Below are positions 1 through 9,693 of a DNA stretch of 44,269 bases, in pieces (within the stretch, counting starts at the first letter, position 1; every line of letters starts with the position of its first letter). The stretch lies in the sequence record DRR723986_1308. One strand, 5' to 3'. The notes under the pieces were generated by a model. That model was given only the letters and a program-made list of their open reading frames with translations. It searched no databases and was not told the origin of the DNA. A program made the position numbers and the translations under genes.

Positions 1-51
1 ACGCGGAGTCGCTGAGGACGCGGAGAATTCGTTCCCGCAAGATCTCCGCGT
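1..51. repeat. REP-like palindromic element (ACGCGGAG ... CTCCGCGT), possibly truncated at the window edge
   Basis: ACGCGGAG occurs at 1 and 18, and its reverse complement CTCCGCGT at 44-51. Confidence 0.4.
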
Positions 52-164
52 TTCGTCTTGCCCGCAACTCCTTTCGAAGCTTCTTTGGTAAGACCTACAG
101 AACGTTGGACAAGCGGCGCTGAAAGGTTCAAGCCACTTTGCATTTGATTGATTTCATAGTCGGA

Positions 165-255
165 CACCCGAGGAGGGATTCGAACCCTCGAAGACGGTGT
201 AAAAACCGCCCGGTCTGCGTAACCGCAGACGCCTACCATTCTTGGTATCGCTGGC
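165..255 (-). pseudogene. Degenerate class II (Ser/Leu-like) tRNA or tRNA-like element
   Basis: Minus strand shows a perfect T-arm GAGGG-TTCGAAT-CCCTC (173-189), a long variable arm GGCGGT..ACCGTC and a D-loop-like AATGGTAG, over 91 nt. The anticodon-position loop is only 6 nt (GTCTGC-GGTTAC-GCAGAC) and the acceptor stem pairs about 5/7. Confidence 0.6.
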
Positions 256-428
256 CATCGCGTTCTCGAATGCCCAATGTATTCTAAGCCATTTAAGGGC
301 GACGATAACCGAGTCGCCGTAGGTGATTGTGAAGGAACACTAGTTGCCCACCGCTGCGATTTTCTTGGTTCAGGTTTGTGGACGGTACCGAGCGAACCGC
401 ACCTTTTGAATGCAGGTGCAAACGGAGG

Positions 429-1124
429 TTATTTGCTTTTTGTGGACCGCGGGATGAACGTTGCGATCGTGCGTCCGCCAGCTTCCTCACGCTCAAAGGC
501 CGCCATTATGAGATCGTTGTCAGGCAGCACATGGGCCAACCGCTGTTGCAGTGAGTTCTCATCGTCCAACTCGTTGCCAATGACGGTAATTTTGGTGAAA
601 GTGAATGTTACGTCAATTTCGAACGGCGTTGTGTTTGGTAATCCGCCTCGAGCTATAACCCGAAATTGATTCTTGTGTCTCGCGATGACCCTCAACTCCC
701 CTTGATCCACGGAGTCATGCCCGGAATGGTACGTCGAAGCGTACCAATCCCCGGTTCGAGGGTTCTCACTGTCGAACCAGCTTTGGTGAAAACCTTCCAA
801 GGCCTGCCATTGGGAGATGGCGATATCGAGTCCATCAAACGAAACGCGGGGCGATCCAAGATCGTCGGTAGGAATCGAAGCGCCCTCGATGTCCAACGAC
901 CACCGAAGTGACTTTCCCATTCCGCTGTTGAATTGATCGCACCAATCGGGATCGTCGAGCCATCCCGTCATAGTCGCGGAAGCGACTGGGTAATCGTTTT
1001 CCGAAAAATGAAACAATGGGTCAGAATCGACGATTTGTTTTGGTGTCATGTTCCGACGCGACTCGCAGCCCGCTTGCAATGGAAAGATTAAACAAATTAG
1101 TGTGAGCGAGGATACGCGATGCAT
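429..1124 (-). CDS. Hypothetical exported protein or possible lipoprotein
   Basis: 231 aa ORF with a hydrophobic N-terminus ending LQAGC. No family recognised. Confidence 0.65.
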   Translation of the reverse strand: MHRVSSLTLICLIFPLQAGCESRRNMTPKQIVDSDPLFHFSENDYPVASATMTGWLDDPDWCDQFNSGMGKSLRWSLDIEGASIPTDDLGSPRVSFDGLDIAISQWQALEGFHQSWFDSENPRTGDWYASTYHSGHDSVDQGELRVIARHKNQFRVIARGGLPNTTPFEIDVTFTFTKITVIGNELDDENSLQQRLAHVLPDNDLIMAAFEREEAGGRTIATFIPRSTKSK

Positions 1125-1145
1125 CTTTGCGGCGACAACGAATGA

Positions 1146-1550
1146 TCAGGCCGAGAAATCAAGCAGATTGAGATCTACGCTGGTCTCGCGGATAAACTCC
1201 GCCTGGTTGTTGTCGTAACTCTCAATCATTCGTGCCACAATTTTCCTGCCAGCCAAGAAGTCTTGCAGGTAGCTATGATCGGCCAGGAATATCGGAAGAA
1301 GTCGAATAACTTCAGAAACAATAAGATTCATTCGGTCGTCAGAAAAATTGCTCGACGGAGAAGCCGCGTATAAGTATGCGGGGTTTTCAGGTAAGACAAA
1401 AAACGAGATGCCTTCAAACAAAATGGCGTAACCGTTTGCAAATCGAGACAGCGCACGTTGCCGCTTGGATGCAAAAAGGTAGCGAAGTACATCCCAGAGC
1501 GTCAGCGACTCACTAGAAGAGCTTGGGGGTTGGTAGGGATTCGTGTCCAC
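1146..1550 (-). CDS. Hypothetical protein
   Basis: 134 aa ORF with an N-terminal NPYQPP motif common in planctomycete proteins. Confidence 0.65.
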   Translation of the reverse strand: MDTNPYQPPSSSSESLTLWDVLRYLFASKRQRALSRFANGYAILFEGISFFVLPENPAYLYAASPSSNFSDDRMNLIVSEVIRLLPIFLADHSYLQDFLAGRKIVARMIESYDNNQAEFIRETSVDLNLLDFSA

Positions 1551-1773
1551 GGGACAGGAGCCAAGTCTCGGTATTCAAGTGCGGCGGTGGATGACTTCGA
1601 AGGTCTGGGGCGAGTAGCGGACGCTCGACTTTATGGTCGATCGGGCCAAGCCGAGCTCCGGTGCAGTGGCTGTTCTTCGGCTGTGCTCTTCAAGAGCTGT
1701 CGTCGTATTCGGCGGCCTAAACGCCGGGGGCGGCTAGCTCCCATGAATCATCATCATACACAATCAAAGAGTG

Positions 1774-2013
1774 TTAATCTTCCGAACCGGTTGGGCCAAC
1801 TATCGTTGTTTCGTACCACGCGCATCCGTCGTCGTCGATTCGGGATATAACGACGATTGGCGTTTGCTCGATAATCCGCTCGATCGTATCAGCGGTCCAT
1901 CCTGCCATCTCGGCATTCGACTCTGTTTCGCGTTCACGTTGATTCAAGTCCGTCTCAGGAACGCGCAACAGACGAATGCGGTCGCCAACCTGTAGTTTCG
2001 ATGGGTTGGGCAA
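1774..2013 (-). CDS. Small hypothetical protein, possibly KOW/SH3-like and possibly truncated
   Basis: 79 aa; TTG start preceded by AGGA; LQVGDRIRL motif. Confidence 0.55.
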   Translation of the reverse strand: MPNPSKLQVGDRIRLLRVPETDLNQRERETESNAEMAGWTADTIERIIEQTPIVVISRIDDDGCAWYETTIVGPTGSED

Positions 2014-2151
2014 TTATCCTAGCCTTAGCGTGCGCTTAGTCTTGAGGAAGATGCACTCCGATGTCGCAAAATAGCCTCACTGGAGTATCACAATGTTTCT
2101 ACTTCTTGTCCGTCTGCCGAATAGCTACGCCCATCGAAATGCGCCATTTCA

Positions 2152-2766
2152 TCAACGTAGCCAAGACACTTCCGCCTCTAGTTCTGGTCCACGATCGTAG
2201 CTGCCTTCTTTTCGTTCAGCGTTATTTTGAAGCCACACGTCGATGCATTGAAGGTATTCCTTGCACGCTTCCGTGCCGACAAAGTTTGCGGCTGAGTCCA
2301 CATCCACTCGCGCTAGCATCCGAAAGGCAATAGACCGACATGTAGCCAGTTCTTCATCGTTGGTAAAGCGAGCCGAACCTATCAGCGCGATAAGCCTTTC
2401 TCGTACGGATTCGGGAGGGACCCCCAGATCACCTAACGTCCAAATTCCTGTCGCTCGAATGTCGTTGTCAGTTCTGTGTGTTAGCGAGAGTGTCCAATCA
2501 ACAAACTCTGCGTGAAGTTCGTTGGTTGGGTCAAAACCTGCCGAATTGATGACGCATCCGATTGAGCGAACTGCAGAAACCAGAAAACCGTAGTGCGCCA
2601 GACTGAGCTCTCCATCCAGGTCGATCTCCCGGCAGAGTCGATACACCGCCGGAAGCAGATGGTGACCCGATGCGCCAAGATTCCTGAGTTTTGCCGCCGC
2701 CAGAATACTGCCTCGCGGAGGATTCGATGAAAACGCTTTTTCAACGAAAGCAAAGTCGCTGTTCAT
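2152..2766 (-). CDS. Hypothetical helical (HEAT-like) protein
   Basis: 204 aa with HEAT-like segments such as IRATGIWTLGDLG. Confidence 0.65.
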   Translation of the reverse strand: MNSDFAFVEKAFSSNPPRGSILAAAKLRNLGASGHHLLPAVYRLCREIDLDGELSLAHYGFLVSAVRSIGCVINSAGFDPTNELHAEFVDWTLSLTHRTDNDIRATGIWTLGDLGVPPESVRERLIALIGSARFTNDEELATCRSIAFRMLARVDVDSAANFVGTEACKEYLQCIDVWLQNNAERKEGSYDRGPELEAEVSWLR

Positions 2767-2854
2767 TGTTCATTGATTGGATTGCGAGACCGAGTCTGTA
2801 GACAACTTGGATAGACCTTCAGCTTGCTATGGTAGCACTCGGGGGTAGTTTGTT

Positions 2855-3967
2855 TCACCCCGTGGATAAGATCAGTGAGTGAGCCTCCAGCCATGTTGGC
2901 GGTTCGCACTTTGCTGCTAGTTTCCGGATGACTTTCTCAGGGACGGCGTGTTGGCGGCTCTTGTTTTGGTTGAGCAGCCTGTTGAAGTGGGGCTCAACGT
3001 AGACCACTTCAATTCTTGCGTTGTAGTCGGCAAACAGATCGATCCATCGCATTCGAGTTTGCTTCAGGATGTTTGTTGCATTGAACGCAAACGACACGCC
3101 AGTGCGGAGGTACTCCCGACACCGCTCTTTGGCTGTTTGGATTACTTTGCCCTGATTGTCCGTCGGGGCGATATCGAGTTCACCGCGGATACCGTCAAGG
3201 GCGACGATCGGTAGGTCGCCGCGGTTATGCGAAAGCCAAGTGTCTTTGCCACTACCGGGTAATCCGCTCATGATTGTCACGCTGCAGGCGTGGTCCACGT
3301 AAGGAACATAATGCAAATTCGGGGCCCGCTGACGAAAAAATGTAAATCGAGCGTGATCATTTTCAAACCTATAGGGCCTGGAGTAGCAGTCGAGTTCCTC
3401 GGCCTGCACTTTCCAGTAGCTCAGGTTTTCTTCTGGTCGAGTTGTTGATTCGGTGCGACGGCCCCGAGTGTCGGCAACCGCGAATAGGTAGAGCAAGCGA
3501 TTTTCGACAATCCACGACATTCGTACAAGTTCATGAACCGGATCAGATCGCTCAGCAAGAAATGCAGGCCGACCGTGAAACCGCACCAACCGACAGATTT
3601 TTTCACGCGTATCAAGACGGCAATCTAGGTCGCGCAACACGTGACGCGCAAGGTGCTCACCCTTTACGGCGTGATTCGGTGAAGTGATGTGCCCTGATTC
3701 CGGATCAACCAGAGATGTCAGTGGTTTTGCCGCATCATGGAGGAGCGCCGTGAAGATCAGTACCGCTCGGTCGTCAGCGGACAGTTCCTGCCACTCGGCA
3801 AGCCGAGTTAGTTCGCGGCAGACCATTTGGGTGTGCGTCCATACGTCTCCCTCAGCGTGCCACTCGGCATCCTGCGCGCACTTGGCCATCGCTTGGCACC
3901 ACGACTGGGACTCCGCCCACTTCACGATGTCATCAACCGATGATCGACTGAGTTGGTTCCATTTCAT
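2855..3967 (-). CDS. HD-domain phosphohydrolase fused to a P-loop polynucleotide-kinase-like (AAA_33) domain
   Basis: HD motifs [25 protein letters not shown] and VAD; Walker [14 protein letters not shown]. The start overlaps the upstream alkB-like stop as ATGA. Confidence 0.88.
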   Translation of the reverse strand: MKWNQLSRSSVDDIVKWAESQSWCQAMAKCAQDAEWHAEGDVWTHTQMVCRELTRLAEWQELSADDRAVLIFTALLHDAAKPLTSLVDPESGHITSPNHAVKGEHLARHVLRDLDCRLDTREKICRLVRFHGRPAFLAERSDPVHELVRMSWIVENRLLYLFAVADTRGRRTESTTRPEENLSYWKVQAEELDCYSRPYRFENDHARFTFFRQRAPNLHYVPYVDHACSVTIMSGLPGSGKDTWLSHNRGDLPIVALDGIRGELDIAPTDNQGKVIQTAKERCREYLRTGVSFAFNATNILKQTRMRWIDLFADYNARIEVVYVEPHFNRLLNQNKSRQHAVPEKVIRKLAAKCEPPTWLEAHSLILSTG

Positions 3968-4491
3968 TGAACTGCTCGCCATGTGAGGCTAATGCGTGGA
4001 TCTGCCGAGTCCTGTTTCTTGATCGCGTGTTGCCATTCATCCTGCACGCCCGGCCTCATGTAGAGCAGAGTCCCGGCGTTCAGGACGCAATTATGTGTAA
4101 AAAGTCGATCCGCCGAACGGAAGGTAAGCGTTCTCGTTCCGCCTAGCGAAACGATCGCAACGCCGCTGCCGGACATGAGATTGTCCGTCTCGTCGGAATG
4201 AAACCCCATGCTGTTCTGGCCGTTTTCGTACAGATTCATCAGGCAATTGTTGAACGGGATATCAAGGCGTCGGACGAGTTGGTTGCGAAGTGGTGCCAGA
4301 CAGGGGAGCAGTTCCCTCGTCATATAAGTCATTTGGGAGTAGTCGTAGGGTTTCCCAAAACTGGCGGTCTTCCTGGCGTTCATGCTTTCATCCCAAGCAA
4401 CAGACTGCATCAATTCGTCAAAGAGCGAAGCGTGGTCTACGTAGAAACCAGGATCAAACTCAGTGTCGAGTGCGTGCGTCATGTAGGTCAC
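3964..4491 (-). CDS. AlkB-family 2OG-Fe(II) dioxygenase
   Basis: [11 protein letters not shown], HxD (FHSDE), WQHAI and RISLTWR. The GTG start overlaps the ligase stop (GTGA). Confidence 0.9.
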   Translation of the reverse strand: MTYMTHALDTEFDPGFYVDHASLFDELMQSVAWDESMNARKTASFGKPYDYSQMTYMTRELLPCLAPLRNQLVRRLDIPFNNCLMNLYENGQNSMGFHSDETDNLMSGSGVAIVSLGGTRTLTFRSADRLFTHNCVLNAGTLLYMRPGVQDEWQHAIKKQDSADPRISLTWRAVQ

Positions 4492-5231
4492 TCCCAGATA
4501 TTTACGCCGTCTGCGAGCTCGTTGGGAACCATCACTTGTTGCTGCCAGTGAGTACTCTGCTTAATCTTCTCGACGAACTCAGGCCGCACGTACTTTGCTC
4601 GTCCGGTTACGATGCCGTCTGCCTCAGTTCTCATATACAAACCTTCCATCAAGTTGTCGGTTCTCTTTGTGCTGGGATTCTCGAATTGGCTGTCAAAACG
4701 TGACGCCCCAACCAAGTGACTCAGGTCCTTACGTTTTAGTGCACCCCGATGAACGACTGGGACAGTAACTATGCCTGTGCCAGCCAGAAGCTCCAGTCGC
4801 CGGTAGAGGCTAATGAAAGCTTCTGTCTCCTTGTCATAGATGTCGAACTCGAGGAAGTAATGTTCTAGTTGTCGATAGTGGATCGAATGACGAGCGTAAA
4901 CCCACTCGCCAAACAGAATGAAACGTTGCTCCAGTCTCTCCTCTAACACGTTGCGTTTCACCGACGCCCATTGTTTGAAGAGGTCGTACTGGGCATGCAT
5001 GCCTTCAGTAATCAAGTGCCCGCGGCATTGGAGCACGAGTTCGCCGGCTGTTGAAAAATGCATCCCGACGTTGGTTCCGTCGACCTTTTCTTCAACGATC
5101 AAAGAATCATCGCTGATGAAATCAAGCGACTCAGATTCCCCCAGATGCTTGTCATCGTTTGTCCCCTTTGATCCGAACAGATGCGGCGTGCGAGGGTACT
5201 TCACGAAGTTGCCGTGTGAGGCGCCCATCAT
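4488..5231 (-). CDS. ATP-dependent RNA ligase family protein
   Basis: KYPRTPHL, motif [25 protein letters not shown] and AKYVR. RBS AGGAG precedes the ATG at 5231. Confidence 0.9.
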   Translation of the reverse strand: MMGASHGNFVKYPRTPHLFGSKGTNDDKHLGESESLDFISDDSLIVEEKVDGTNVGMHFSTAGELVLQCRGHLITEGMHAQYDLFKQWASVKRNVLEERLEQRFILFGEWVYARHSIHYRQLEHYFLEFDIYDKETEAFISLYRRLELLAGTGIVTVPVVHRGALKRKDLSHLVGASRFDSQFENPSTKRTDNLMEGLYMRTEADGIVTGRAKYVRPEFVEKIKQSTHWQQQVMVPNELADGVNIWE

Positions 5232-5582
5232 ATTGCTCCTGCGGTGCGGGACTGCGAAATAATCGAGGCAATGAATTCGCCATATTGGCACTTCATCGGT
5301 AAGTTGTAGTCGGTCCGTATGCGTCTTCGGCGAGCGACTACAGCCCTGCCCGAAACGGGTTTGCTGGCCATTTTGTCGTACGCTTCCCAGTAGAAGCCGA
5401 TACCACGCTTCTGTGGGCTCCTTCTGCTGGCAAGTGGAAAACGTGAAGCAAGCGGAATCAGATGGACACATTTGGGATTCGGTGGTTCACGTTAGCGAAC
5501 CTCCGCGAGGGCTGAACTGTCGAACAGAAAAGCCAATTCGCTACGACCAACCGGGGATGTGGCGACCAGAGGGGATATAGCC

Positions 5583-6053
5583 ATGACAGAGAGACGCGTC
5601 ATCAACTTCTATAGCGTGAACGATGCGTTCGGCGAATTTTCAAACTTCGCTGCATACCCGATAAAACTGGCGGGCAAACGCTGGCCAACGTCTGAGCACT
5701 ATTTCCAGGCACAGAAGTTCAAGGAGCCGCGGCATAGTGAAGAAATTCGCAAGGCAAAGACGCCCATGATAGCTGCCAGGCTTGGAAGAGATCGCAAAAA
5801 GAAACTTCGTCGCGACTGGGAGTCGGTCAAAGACAACGTGATGCGTCAGGCCGTACTTGCAAAGTTCACTCAGCATGAAGACCTTCGGGAGACGCTGCTG
5901 GCAACCGGTGATGCGAAACTGGTGGAACACACCGTGAATGACGCCTACTGGGGCGATGGTGGTGATGGCAGCGGCGCGAACAGACTTGGACACATTCTGA
6001 TGGAAGTGCGTCAGTCGCTACGTGGGCAAGGTTTGGGGCCGAGTGAGAAATGA
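5583..6053 (+). CDS. NADAR/YbiA family N-glycosidase
   Basis: FSNF, WPTSEHYFQAQKF, RRDWESVK, KFTQH, DAYWGDG and NRLG. Confidence 0.93.
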   Translation: MTERRVINFYSVNDAFGEFSNFAAYPIKLAGKRWPTSEHYFQAQKFKEPRHSEEIRKAKTPMIAARLGRDRKKKLRRDWESVKDNVMRQAVLAKFTQHEDLRETLLATGDAKLVEHTVNDAYWGDGGDGSGANRLGHILMEVRQSLRGQGLGPSEK

Positions 6054-6299
6054 AACTGCGGCCTGTTTGGTTGTTTGCGGCCCGAGCCAATTCTCTGGCT
6101 GCGGCACTTCGCTACGGAAGCGGCTTCGACTACGTGCCACATTTCCGTTGTTCAACACTGGTGCGAACTCTGATGAACCCAAGGGAAATCCAATTCTCCT
6201 GGAGTTCGTCATTGACCGGGTCCGTGTAGAGATGAAACTTCTTTAACCATCGGAAACGATGCGAGAAGGCAACTCCTCCCAGGCGAATCAACCATGGAC

Positions 6300-6424
6300 T
6301 CTTCATAATCGGTGTCCCCACACACGGAAACCTCAAGTTGTGCACTACGCTGTAGGGGGCAATTCTAGCCCCGGCGGAGTGGTACACAACTGGTTTTGTG
6401 CGGAAATCCGCAACGATATGAAGA
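6300..6424 (+). other. Long imperfect intergenic hairpin, candidate structured RNA
   Basis: Nested pairings TCTTCATA/TATGAAGA, AAACC/GGTTT, AGTTGTG/CACAACT, CACTACGCTG/CGGCGGAGTG and GGGGC/GCCCC. Confidence 0.5.
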
Positions 6425-6565
6425 TCATCGCCGCCGAATTACCTCTGGCGGGCGGGTGTCGGCCAGTCCACCCACCGTTGAAGTTGCCGCATCGCGATCG
6501 CGGCTGCCGGTGTTGCGTATTTCCATACGCGACACGGGGGAAGCAGCTAACCCCGCTGTTTGCGG

Positions 6566-7198
6566 CTAAACAAGGCCTTTGCGAACAGCCCATACGGCAG
6601 CCTGGGTTCGGTCGGAGACACCGATCTTTCGCAAGATGTGCTGGACGTGCTCCTTTACCGTCTCGTAGCTGATGCCGAGGGCCAGAGCAATTTCTTTGTT
6701 CGTAAGGCCGTTGGCAAGCTGCCGGAGCACCTCGCTCTCGCGCTGAGTCAACGGAACCTCGACATCGGAGACTACTCGAGGAGTCGCAAGCGCGCCGGTC
6801 ACACGCCGAAGTTCCTCACGCGACCAAGCGCTTTCGCCTCGCGCCGCAGTCTCGATTGCTTCGATCAGTCGTTCTTTGGAGTCATTCTTAAGAATGTAAC
6901 CCGCTGCACCCAGAGCCACAGCTCGTGCAATGTAGGTCGGATTGTCGTAGGTCGAGAACATGACAATCGGTAGGTCGGGATAATCTAGCTTCAGACGGCC
7001 AAGCACATGCAGGCCATCGCCTTTTGGCATGCGAACATCGAGAAGCACACAACTAGGACGATTCTCAGCGACTCGTGCAATTACTTCCTCACCGGTCGTC
7101 GCTTCTGCAGTCACCGAAATGCCGGTGCCCTCAAGAACATTCGTAAGGCCCAAACGCACAACTTGATGGTCATCTGCGACCAGCAAAGATACGGTCAT
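6566..7198 (-). CDS. NarL/LuxR family DNA-binding response regulator
   Basis: REC domain (ADDH, LLDVRMP, YILK) plus LuxR HTH LTQRESEVL..GLTNKEIA..ETVKEHV. Confidence 0.95.
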   Translation of the reverse strand: MTVSLLVADDHQVVRLGLTNVLEGTGISVTAEATTGEEVIARVAENRPSCVLLDVRMPKGDGLHVLGRLKLDYPDLPIVMFSTYDNPTYIARAVALGAAGYILKNDSKERLIEAIETAARGESAWSREELRRVTGALATPRVVSDVEVPLTQRESEVLRQLANGLTNKEIALALGISYETVKEHVQHILRKIGVSDRTQAAVWAVRKGLV

Positions 7199-7427
7199 CG
7201 TTTTCTCTCTGTCAGAGAAGGATTAATGCGGCAACGGGATGACGGGCGGGGGGCAGTCTCATCCCAAAAGAACGGGTATTGCCATGTGGCAGTCCACATG
7301 CCCGTCCGGGCCAATATCCTCATTTTGAGGGATGAGCTCAAGAGGAGTTCAGCCAAACGGGTGGTTGCGAACAGGTGGTAGGTCACTACCTAAACGGGCT
7401 ACTTCCAATCTAGTCTGCTCAGCATTG

Positions 7428-9551
7428 CTAGTAAAGGTCGTCGCGGCGGATAAACCCGTCACCGTCGACATCCAGCGGCTCAAAATCTGCCTTGTCGCCC
7501 AAGAATTCATCCAAGCTAATGGCGGAATCTCCGTTCAAATCCATGGCGTCGAACCAATCTTGGATCGCAGGAGCATCCGGGCTTTCACCCGCGTTTACGT
7601 TGCCCAAACCCTCCATTCTGGTGTCCCTGCGGTTCAGTGTGAGCTGTACTACTAGTGGCAGTTCAGTCGGCGCAAGCGAATTGCTACCATCCTGATCTAG
7701 TGCGGACATCCGCAAATCTACCCCCTCTAATTCTGAGGCTTCCAAGACGCCGGATCCGTTCTGGTCGATGAACACAAACCACGGTGAATTGGCCAAAGTC
7801 CACCTTCCAAGCAGCCGGGCGCTCTGTCTGGCAGACAGCCATCGCCATACAGAATCCATTTCTATTTTCGAAATTTTTTTGTCGCCGTCCGCGTCAGCTA
7901 GCAAAATCCCGTCCGATCCAAGCTCAAGTTGCTGGCGGAGTCCGGCTCGAACCTGAGCGTTGGCGAGCCCCGATTCCAGTGCTTGTTTGAGCCGTTCGCG
8001 GTTCGATTCGTTGAATTGATCTGCAATTTCTAAACGCAGTAGGAAATCAGTAGCCCGAAGCTGCCCGTCTAGGCCGCTACTCGAAAACTCCGACTCAGCT
8101 TCGGGATCGACAAACTCGCAGTACATCTGTGCCGTTGCCGCGGTCGCACTTTTCATTGCTTGCGCGCCTGCGTCGGTTCCCATTGTGGTTTCGCCGCTAC
8201 TCTCGCTCGGCATCTTGTCGTTCGTCAAATTGCTGGGCAGCCGTATAAAAATTGTCGCGTGCGCCGGGGCATAGACAATACGCTGCATCTCATAGCGATC
8301 GACTGAGTTGTTGCCGTCCTTGTCAAGCGCAGTCCACTGCGTGTCGCTCCAACGCTGCCACTGATCCCGCGGCACCTCAGACAGAAACGTATAGTGCTGC
8401 AGTATTCTTGTCGCTGGATTGGCGAACGCCCGTAGTCGTGCTTTCTCATCTGAATCCAGGTCGGCGGCCACGCCTTCCACTTGATGGAGTGTCCGTGATT
8501 GCAACAAACTCGACTGCATCGACATCGCCGGCCGTTCGGCTGTTAGTACCGTCTCCTCGCGGGTGATCGATCCATTGCCGTCACGATCTAACTCAGATAA
8601 CGCTTCCGAGATTTGGTCGAGCTCCTTTTCCGAAAGGAGGAAGTCATCGTCGGCGTCGGCTGGTCCCCAAGGCGACAGCCCGCTGGCCGTGCCGGACTCA
8701 CTCACTTGCAAAGAGTCTGACCGTGATAGCCCGCGCGATAGGAACTGCTGCAATTCCGCTTCACCTACGATATCGTCTCGCTCCGTGTCGTACATGCCGA
8801 TCAACTGCTCTTCTTGTTCATCGTCGGCGATCAGGTTGCCGAGCCATCCTGACTGCACAAGTGGGTGATCCAAAAGGGCTTGCCAAGTCATTGGTTCAGG
8901 ACCAACCTCGGACTTGGCCATTTCTTCAGAGGGCTGCATCGTTGCGTTCATCGTGGGAGTGTCACTAACCATTTCCTCCGTCGCTCTCGGTAACTGCAGC
9001 TCTTCCGCGATCTCCGCAAGTAATCTCTCGCTGGCGGACTCTAGACTGTCGTGGCCGACCGCGACCTTCAAATCAATCACGTATGGTCCACGCCTGGCGA
9101 GAGCAATTAGTCGACGCGAGGACCAGTTCCCGCTGGTGTCGAACGTAGGTTTAGTCTCCTCGGAGCCTGATTTTTCCGACTCCGAATCGTCTTTGCTGTT
9201 GGGTGCACCTGTGGGTGTTTCTGGCACAGCCATGTCATCACCGGAAGGGGCGTTGTCGCTGTCAACGTTGTCTGATTCTGAAGCGGCCCCTGATTCTGTA
9301 GCGGCCGCGGGCGGTGAATCATCGTTGGTGTCACTGTCTGATGGTTTTGCGGGGGCATCAGAATTCTTGAAGACAGGCTTTTCTTTTTGCTTGCTGTCTT
9401 CTTCAGACGGTTGGAGAGCAAACTTGATTGTTACAATCGCCACGACGGTGACGGATAGCAACGCGACCAACAAGACCACCAAGCTTCGCCCAGCTCGTCG
9501 CGTGCGAGCGTAGGCACTTGAAGCAGATTCAGAAAACGGCAGGAGACACAT
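7428..9551 (-). CDS. Membrane-anchored multi-EF-hand protein
   Basis: N-terminal TM, acidic linker and many DxDGxGxxxxxE loops (DRDGNGSITREE, DKDGNNSVDRYE, DLNGDSAISLDE, DVDGDGFIRRDD). Confidence 0.85.
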   Translation of the reverse strand: MCLLPFSESASSAYARTRRAGRSLVVLLVALLSVTVVAIVTIKFALQPSEEDSKQKEKPVFKNSDAPAKPSDSDTNDDSPPAAATESGAASESDNVDSDNAPSGDDMAVPETPTGAPNSKDDSESEKSGSEETKPTFDTSGNWSSRRLIALARRGPYVIDLKVAVGHDSLESASERLLAEIAEELQLPRATEEMVSDTPTMNATMQPSEEMAKSEVGPEPMTWQALLDHPLVQSGWLGNLIADDEQEEQLIGMYDTERDDIVGEAELQQFLSRGLSRSDSLQVSESGTASGLSPWGPADADDDFLLSEKELDQISEALSELDRDGNGSITREETVLTAERPAMSMQSSLLQSRTLHQVEGVAADLDSDEKARLRAFANPATRILQHYTFLSEVPRDQWQRWSDTQWTALDKDGNNSVDRYEMQRIVYAPAHATIFIRLPSNLTNDKMPSESSGETTMGTDAGAQAMKSATAATAQMYCEFVDPEAESEFSSSGLDGQLRATDFLLRLEIADQFNESNRERLKQALESGLANAQVRAGLRQQLELGSDGILLADADGDKKISKIEMDSVWRWLSARQSARLLGRWTLANSPWFVFIDQNGSGVLEASELEGVDLRMSALDQDGSNSLAPTELPLVVQLTLNRRDTRMEGLGNVNAGESPDAPAIQDWFDAMDLNGDSAISLDEFLGDKADFEPLDVDGDGFIRRDDLY

Positions 9552-9693
9552 TTTGCAGTACCAAAGATAAGCGTTAAACAGACTGAGGTATGGAGGCAGG
9601 TCAGAGGTTCATTGTCGGCACGGAGCTGATCGGGTGCAGTGCGTTGTTGCGTATGTGGCCATGCTCGATTGAGCATCTCAACCTCAGCGCCAT

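Noticed and set aside
165-255. Functional tRNA
   Set aside because: The anticodon loop is 6 nt, the acceptor stem is mismatched and the D-arm is irregular.
5232-5471. N-terminal extension of the RNA ligase ORF
   Set aside because: An RBS and the family N-terminus point to a start at 5231/5228. The extension spans the divergent control region.
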